From positions 32,001-96,000 of IMG/VR virus record IMGVR_UViG_3300020048_000036: DNA of 64,000 bases; one strand, 5' to 3'. Numbering within the stretch: position 1 is the first letter of the stretch; every line of letters starts with the position of its first letter. The notes below the pieces were generated by a model that did no database searches, was not told the DNA's origin, and saw only the letters and a list, made by a program, of their open reading frames with translations. The translations under genes were made by a program, and so were the position numbers. Origin of the DNA: a virus. Positions 56,784 through 64,000 of this stretch are shown here, in pieces.

Positions 56784-57229
56784 ACAGTCAAATTTAAACA
56801 GTTTACAATCAATTTAGTTATGGTTAAGAAATCAATAGATTCTTGTAGTTCCTTATCTGTTTCCCAAATACCATCAGATGGCTCACCTTCATCGTTTACA
56901 AAAGGCTCATAACATAATTGCCAAATCTTTTTACCTTTACTAAAACTTTTGGTAATATAGAATAAAGCATCACCGTCCATCTTTTTTATATCCCCATCTA
57001 AGTAAGGTTCCCACCCTAACTCAAGTTCCATAAATTCAAGGAACTCTTGAGTTGTTAATGGTTTAGGATTTTCCACGAAAACCACATCGGACATTGAAGT
57101 CACATAACTAAAAGGTAAACAAGCAAAATCACCTTCTTTATTTGGAAGACGTAAAATGTAATATACCTTATCATCAACCCACACTGGTTGTCCTTCTTTC
57201 AATTCTACTTCTTTGGTTTGTTTTTTCAT
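56780..57229 (-). CDS. Hypothetical protein
   Basis: 149 aa. Confidence 0.6.
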   Translation of the reverse strand: MKKQTKEVELKEGQPVWVDDKVYYILRLPNKEGDFACLPFSYVTSMSDVVFVENPKPLTTQEFLEFMELELGWEPYLDGDIKKMDGDALFYITKSFSKGKKIWQLCYEPFVNDEGEPSDGIWETDKELQESIDFLTITKLIVNCLNLTV

Positions 57230-57693
57230 AATTCTTGTTTTAGTTTTTGTGTTGCCCTAAAAGTAAGGCTCTTTACGCTACTCACTGTTATTTTTAAAAT
57301 ACTTGCTGTTTCTATTAAATTAAAATCATACACATACATAAGTAAAATACAATGTCTTTGTTTTGTAGTTAGTTTACCTATGGCTTTTCTAACCTTATCG
57401 GAAAATACAAAATCATTCTTATAGTAACCTAATTCCTCCTCATAACCTTTTAGCTCTATTATTTCAGGTGAGCCACTTCTATAGTATTTCCTGTAATCGT
57501 CAATTGTGATATTTTTTAAGGTAGTAACCAATAAGGACAATAAATTACCGTTACCATCTATATTATCAATATTCCTAAAAACCCTATAATAGGTTTCTTG
57601 TACCAAATCCTCCACATCGTTCCTATTGGTAAACTTTTTTGCCAAAGAAGTCAGTTTCCCCTTATTCTTTAATAACCTCTCTGTTACATCCAT
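57226..57693 (-). CDS. ECF-type RNA polymerase sigma factor
   Basis: Region 2 DVEDLVQETY...KNITIDDYRK; region 4 LTTKQRHCILL...ETASILKITVSSVKSLTFRA. Confidence 0.88.
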   Translation of the reverse strand: MDVTERLLKNKGKLTSLAKKFTNRNDVEDLVQETYYRVFRNIDNIDGNGNLLSLLVTTLKNITIDDYRKYYRSGSPEIIELKGYEEELGYYKNDFVFSDKVRKAIGKLTTKQRHCILLMYVYDFNLIETASILKITVSSVKSLTFRATQKLKQEL

Positions 57694-57697
57694 GTTT

Positions 57698-57729
57698 CAA
57701 AGGTACAACTATTTTACGTAATTTCCAAA
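57698..57729 (-). promoter_or_regulatory. Canonical promoter of the sigma gene (leaderless)
   Basis: TTTG 57726-57729, 20-nt spacer, TACCTTTG 57698-57705, then 4 nt and ATG. Confidence 0.8.
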
Positions 57730-57730
57730 T

Positions 57731-57770
57731 AAAAAAGAAGGATTAGAAAAATAAATTCCCAATCCTTCTT
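57731..57770 (-). terminator. Terminator after groEL
   Basis: - strand agaaggattgg...ctaatccttct followed by a T run. Confidence 0.8.
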
Positions 57771-57803
57771 CCTCACATTAACAATCAATAAACAAGCATA
57801 CAA

Positions 57804-59668
<1,865 letters not shown>

Positions 59669-59683
59669 GTTTTATGGTTTTAG

Positions 59684-59878
59684 TTATTCAATATAAAGTT
59701 GAACATCATTTAAATCACCTCCAGTCATATATTGACCAAATAGTTTACTATGTTCATCCATAGCATCATAATCCGAGTTATATACCTTTTCCATTAATTT
59801 ATGGAATTTAGGAACTAGTTCATTTGGTACTAGATACCAATGTCCTGCATCATCTTGTAGTGCTTTTACTTTTTGCAT
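59684..59878 (-). CDS. Hypothetical protein
   Basis: 64 aa. Confidence 0.55.
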   Translation of the reverse strand: MQKVKALQDDAGHWYLVPNELVPKFHKLMEKVYNSDYDAMDEHSKLFGQYMTGGDLNDVQLYIE

Positions 59879-59883
59879 GGTAT

Positions 59884-60042
59884 TTATTTTTTAAGGTTGT
59901 TTTTTATACGTAGAATTAGTGCAATAGGCCAAATAGGAAGCCAAATTAACATCTCTCTCCAAGGAACAGGTTTATCGTAAATGTATATTGCATATGAAAT
60001 GAATAGAGCACCTAACAACAAATACAATAATAAGTATTCCAT
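59884..60042 (-). CDS. 52-aa two-TM membrane protein (not in the ORF track)
   Basis: MEYLLLYLLLGALFISYAIYIYDKPVPWREMLIWLPIWPIALILRIKNNLKK. Confidence 0.6.
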   Translation of the reverse strand: MEYLLLYLLLGALFISYAIYIYDKPVPWREMLIWLPIWPIALILRIKNNLKK

Positions 60043-60044
60043 AA

Positions 60045-60614
60045 TTATCTTGTTGAGTTTAACAATTCACATGCAGTCATAACAGTTGTTAAGTCTATTA
60101 ATGCTACACCAAATTCACTAGGTAAAATGTAACCTTCGCAATATATAATCCAATCACCTTCCGTTTCTTTTATACTGTATGGAAAATCAGGGTCTTTGTT
60201 ATAAAAGTAATCTCCTTTTAAGTAAAAACCTTCTTTCTCCAACATACTGGTTACTTCCGCAAAAGTATGTTTCTTACGTTTATTTATAAGTTCTTCTAGC
60301 TGTTTAGCTGTTGTGTTTTCTACAATAACATCTATTTCTGCTTCTATTGCAGGTAGGTCAAACTTAGTTTTTGGTTGTAGAAAATTTACTACTGTTTGAT
60401 ATTCATTTTTAAAATAAAAACTTAGTTTCCAATCTAGTTCTTTTTTCTCAAGATTTTTCGCAAAAATAACAACAGGCTCATCAGCATTAATTGTAGCACC
60501 AATTAGAATATCGTTTTTTAGATGTCTACCATTTTCCCAAGTAAAACCCATATTTACAAGTATAGGTATCAGGATATTGTATTCTTCTTCTGTTTGTACT
60601 AGTATTGGTTTCAT
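60045..60614 (-). CDS. Hypothetical protein
   Basis: 189 aa. Confidence 0.6.
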   Translation of the reverse strand: MKPILVQTEEEYNILIPILVNMGFTWENGRHLKNDILIGATINADEPVVIFAKNLEKKELDWKLSFYFKNEYQTVVNFLQPKTKFDLPAIEAEIDVIVENTTAKQLEELINKRKKHTFAEVTSMLEKEGFYLKGDYFYNKDPDFPYSIKETEGDWIIYCEGYILPSEFGVALIDLTTVMTACELLNSTR

Positions 60615-60820
60615 ATTTTAATTTTTAGAAATTTTTGCCAAAAGTTTGTTATGTAATCATTGTATTTTACAAAAACAATTAAAGATACTACTAATGCCAC
60701 AGGCCAAACGGCTGCATAAAAAATAAATTCCCAAAGATATATTTCTTCTTTTTGGAAGTACTTAGCTAATAGACCCGTAAGTACCCCTACTAAAATATAC
60801 AAAATAACATACAGAGTCAT
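60611..60820 (-). CDS. Small two-TM membrane protein
   Basis: LYILVG...WPVALVV pattern. Confidence 0.6.
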   Translation of the reverse strand: MTLYVILYILVGVLTGLLAKYFQKEEIYLWEFIFYAAVWPVALVVSLIVFVKYNDYITNFWQKFLKIKI

Positions 60821-60846
60821 AATATTAATTTTTGATTTCGTTTCAA

Positions 60847-60878
60847 CAAAGATAAGACATTAAATTGAAATTACCAAA
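60847..60878 (-). promoter_or_regulatory. Canonical Bacteroidota promoter
   Basis: TTTG 60875-60878, 20-nt spacer, TATCTTTG 60847-60854. Confidence 0.75.
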
Positions 60879-61397
60879 CTATTTGTCCAATAAATCAAGA
60901 ACTTCTTTTGCAATCTGCAATTTACGAAGTTTTGAAAGAGGTTGTAGTTTCTTATCCAATATCTCATGCCTTTCTTCGGGGTATAAGTTACCTGTTAACA
61001 TAAGGCTTATAGAATAATCCCCAAGCGGTTTAACATAATGTAATGTATGTGTATTCCGCATTTCATAATAAGAACCTTTAGCTATAATAAACCTACTAAT
61101 ATCTTTCAATTTGTAGGCTTCCTCCGAACTTATTTCATTTTCGCAATAAGTAATACCCATCTCATACTCACCTTTCAATATCTTGAAAGCAGCTTCCCAC
61201 CTGTGTTTATGGTACAAACAGGGAGCATCAGTATGGTGTATCTTATGGATAAACAACCTATGATTATCGTCATATTGCAACCATAAACGCTCTACTCTTG
61301 GTGGGTAATAATCCACGTCAAGTGTTTGCCACAAGGAAAGGTTACTTAACAATTTTCGTAAGTCTTCCTTTTCTATTTGTTTTAGTAGTTCTATCAT
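60879..61397 (-). CDS. Metal-binding cupin-fold protein
   Basis: YHKHRW...ILKGEY.E and GSYYEM...LHYV match cupin motifs 1 and 2. Confidence 0.65.
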   Translation of the reverse strand: MIELLKQIEKEDLRKLLSNLSLWQTLDVDYYPPRVERLWLQYDDNHRLFIHKIHHTDAPCLYHKHRWEAAFKILKGEYEMGITYCENEISSEEAYKLKDISRFIIAKGSYYEMRNTHTLHYVKPLGDYSISLMLTGNLYPEERHEILDKKLQPLSKLRKLQIAKEVLDLLDK

Positions 61398-62113
61398 GCT
61401 AATAATTTTAAACCATCAGTACACTTTGGACAAGTATAGTTTTTTCCAAATCTTTTATCAATTACTATATTAGTACCGCTGCAACAACTATAATCTTGTG
61501 TTTTATCAATTGTAGGTTTAGGTTGTTCTGATAGTAATACTTTAACCTTACCCAAAAGGAAACAATACCTATGTTTTCTTGTTCTAGGGAGCCATACCCC
61601 TCTTAAATCTTTGGTTGCACCTCTAGGGTTTACCCTACCATCTTCACAATAAAAATCAGTTTTACTATCCGTCAAACCATAATACTTAAAATTACAAACT
61701 TGGTATATACTCCCCACATGCCTACTATCATCAGCTAGTGTTATTACTGCATTTACATCTTTACTTTTTAACATTTTCATACTGTTTCCCAACAAATAAC
61801 TAGTAGCGTTACTACCATTTAATTCAGGCAACATACAAAGTCTGCTCAACTCCAAAACACTTTGGTCACTATTTTCTAAACCGAACCAACTTTTCATAGC
61901 AGAAATACCTTGTGGGTTACTGAAAGTAGAACAACCTACTAAGTTTTCCCCTAAGTATAACCCATAACAGTACTTAGCAAAAAATTTTGCATCAGCTAAA
62001 TAATGGTATTGTTTTATAAAAGCGTAAGCGATAGGTTTTTCAATTTCTTTTATTTGAAAAATATCCTTAGCTTTTACCTCTCTGTTTTTAAATTTGTGTA
62101 TTAGTTCTTCCAT
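61394..62113 (-). CDS. mom: Mom-like GNAT-fold DNA adenine modification enzyme with C-terminal Cys cluster
   Basis: FIKQYHY, LELSRL, VITLADD..HVGSIYQVCNFKYYG and RTRKHRY motifs. Start corrected to ATG 62113. Confidence 0.75.
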   Translation of the reverse strand: MEELIHKFKNREVKAKDIFQIKEIEKPIAYAFIKQYHYLADAKFFAKYCYGLYLGENLVGCSTFSNPQGISAMKSWFGLENSDQSVLELSRLCMLPELNGSNATSYLLGNSMKMLKSKDVNAVITLADDSRHVGSIYQVCNFKYYGLTDSKTDFYCEDGRVNPRGATKDLRGVWLPRTRKHRYCFLLGKVKVLLSEQPKPTIDKTQDYSCCSGTNIVIDKRFGKNYTCPKCTDGLKLLA

Positions 62114-62117
62114 ACCC

Positions 62118-62149
62118 CAAAGATACTTATTTAATTCTACAATTCCAAA
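62118..62149 (-). promoter_or_regulatory. Canonical promoter of the mom-like gene (leaderless)
   Basis: TTTG 62146-62149, 20-nt spacer, TATCTTTG 62118-62125, then 4 nt and ATG. Confidence 0.8.
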
Positions 62150-62162
62150 CTTTCCGCAAAAT

Positions 62163-62200
62163 AAAAACCCCACCAAAACAAATAATCATTCTGATGGGGC
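62163..62200 (-). terminator. Terminator after the RNR operon
   Basis: - strand ccccatca...tggtgggg followed by ttttt. Confidence 0.65.
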
Positions 62201-62221
62201 TATTTCGCAAAGAACCTACAA

Positions 62222-62473
62222 TCAATAACGCTTAATCAAATTACCTTCCTTATCAATCACAATATTCACCCTTAACAAATTATCCAAATACATTATAACC
62301 CTATTATTTATTATTGCTTGGATGTGAGGAAATAAAGAGTTGTAGAATAAAGGAAAGTTTTTGGCGAAATCAGGAAATTCTAATTTACCTTTACCTTCCT
62401 TGAAAAATAGGTAGTAAATATCTAAGGTTAACTCGTTCTTATTAAGTTGTAGTATATAACTTTGTCTGTCCAT
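62222..62473 (-). CDS. Hypothetical protein
   Basis: 83 aa. Confidence 0.55.
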   Translation of the reverse strand: MDRQSYILQLNKNELTLDIYYLFFKEGKGKLEFPDFAKNFPLFYNSLFPHIQAIINNRVIMYLDNLLRVNIVIDKEGNLIKRY

Positions 62474-62475
62474 AA

Positions 62476-64000
62476 CTAGTTGTTTGGTAGCTCACATTGA
62501 CCTCCGCTACAAGCTATAGCAGCATAATCAGATATGGCTTTGTATTCAGGTTTGTTAAGAATCTTGGAGAAATCCACAGTCCTGAAAGTCCTACTTATAA
62601 CTTGCCATTTATGCCACAAATGTACATCTTTCAAACAATAAACCATTTTTTGTAGGTCATTTTGTAGATAGTTTTTCGCAAACTTCTTAACTCTCCGCAA
62701 CCAATCTTTCCTCAACAACAATTGCTCTCTTGTACCTACAAGTTTAAAATCCCTATTCGCAATAGCATTACATGCCTCCCACAAATCACCGTTAAAGTAA
62801 TTAAGACCATCTACAATAAGCCCTGATGCAAATAATACTCCTTCACCATACTTTTCTATAAGTTCTTGACTATTTAAAACAGAGGTAAAGGGTGCTTGAA
62901 CATAGTCCTTATCTCCAAACAAGGTCAAGAAAGACACAGCGGTAAAAGAATCACTATGCTTAAATACATAATCAGTAACCTCTTTAGGATTATCCAAAAT
63001 TACAGTATTGGAAACATTGTGCATTGAGTGAGGGGTATAACTTCTCTCGTATACTTTTCCAGGTTTAACCCAATGTTCTTGAACCAACTTGATAAGTTCC
63101 AAGTGTTTAATACCCTGCATATCCTCTTTGTACATTGTACCTTCCTTATTTTCGCAAGGGACAAAAACAACATAATCCGTATGACTTGCAGACCATTTAC
63201 TTTCTTCCAAAACCTCTGGCATATTCTCCACAAGCCATTTAGCAGTGTCACTTTCCTTGTTTATCTGCATTACCCTAAAATAACGTTGGCTATGTTCTGG
63301 GTGGATACCTGATGAAGTCATTGCAAGTACAGAACTGTTACCACTAGGTTTTACACAAGTAAGACGTGCGGAAGCATTAATATTGATAATTTTAGCTACC
63401 TCTTCGTTGGTTTCCTTAATAATATTTACACCTTCCTCTAACAATTCCGCATTGAACAATTCAGGACAGGTCATCCAGCCTGTAATAGACACCCCAAGTA
63501 AAGCCTCCCCTGCTACTATGTCCTCTGTTTGTTCGTTTATGTGGGGGAAAGTAGTGTAACCTGCTTGAAGTGTTCCTAAAATAGAACCCATCCTACAAGC
63601 CTGTTTAAATTTATCCTTATTTAAACGACCTTTACTATCCAATAAAGAACTTGCTACTATTTCTACAAGGTTACAGAATTGAAAACAAGCATAACGTAAA
63701 TCCTTGATTTTCAAGTAGAAATCCATAGAAATTTCAAAGCATGGATTAAGAATTACATATGAGGAATCAGTGAAGACAAAGCCAATATCATTATCCCCCT
63801 CGTTCATTCGTAGTATTTCCTCAAATTGCTCTTTGGTAAATTGTCCCCTAATAAGACCAACTGAATTGTTACTACGTGCCCTCCACGGATACTTTGTTCT
63901 CCAATCCCCTGTTTTAGCAAAAAGGAGTTCCTTATCCTCAAAGTCCATAATTATATTCATCGCTGACCTTCTTACACCTCCGCTAAGAACTGCATCAGAA
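62476..64000 (-). CDS. Ribonucleotide reductase catalytic subunit (monomeric class II-like), 5' part outside the window
   Basis: The frame stays open to the edge (SDAVLSGGVRRSAM). Motifs LNPCFEI, CNLVEI, TCVKPSGN and C-terminal CSGGQCELP. Confidence 0.9.
   Translation of the reverse strand, partial: SDAVLSGGVRRSAMNIIMDFEDKELLFAKTGDWRTKYPWRARSNNSVGLIRGQFTKEQFEEILRMNEGDNDIGFVFTDSSYVILNPCFEISMDFYLKIKDLRYACFQFCNLVEIVASSLLDSKGRLNKDKFKQACRMGSILGTLQAGYTTFPHINEQTEDIVAGEALLGVSITGWMTCPELFNAELLEEGVNIIKETNEEVAKIININASARLTCVKPSGNSSVLAMTSSGIHPEHSQRYFRVMQINKESDTAKWLVENMPEVLEESKWSASHTDYVVFVPCENKEGTMYKEDMQGIKHLELIKLVQEHWVKPGKVYERSYTPHSMHNVSNTVILDNPKEVTDYVFKHSDSFTAVSFLTLFGDKDYVQAPFTSVLNSQELIEKYGEGVLFASGLIVDGLNYFNGDLWEACNAIANRDFKLVGTREQLLLRKDWLRRVKKFAKNYLQNDLQKMVYCLKDVHLWHKWQVISRTFRTVDFSKILNKPEYKAISDYAAIACSGGQCELPNN

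Overview
A 64-kb internal segment of a large, AT-rich dsDNA bacteriophage, with no integrase, tRNA or CRISPR array seen. The host is very probably Bacteroidota: TTTG-N20-TAnnTTT(G/A) promoters recur and gene leaders are A-rich and lack Shine-Dalgarno sites. The + strand (1-39.1 kb) carries a crAss-like podovirus virion module: tail-fibre-type genes, ring/tubular proteins, an HU/IHF-like protein, a 2123-aa tail stabilisation/muzzle-like protein and six putative ejection proteins of 359-1973 aa. It also holds a solo tnpB with omegaRNA, an amidase endolysin and a GT-B glycosyltransferase. The - strand (39.1-64 kb) carries replication and host-takeover genes: DnaB-like helicase, family A DNA polymerase, HNH and GIY-YIG-type free-standing endonucleases, RNA ligase, a SLOG protein, an ECF sigma factor, GroEL, a Mom-like enzyme with a cupin, a ribonucleotide reductase cut by the window edge, and many small ORFs. 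The two halves converge on a terminator at about 39.1 kb. The most unusual signals are: (1) the three giant ejection proteins have only 4 Cys in about 5,500 aa, all at facing termini, with a 15-aa MGCGC peptide gene between two of them; (2) a strand-polarised heptamer TYCGCAA runs across the whole window regardless of gene direction; (3) the TnpB looks domesticated and its guide overlaps a structural-gene promoter box; (4) a symmetric four-box operator precedes a leaderless DUF262/ParB-like gene; (5) a structured RNA or attenuator precedes the lysin operon. All family assignments are motif recognition by eye, and counts are manual.
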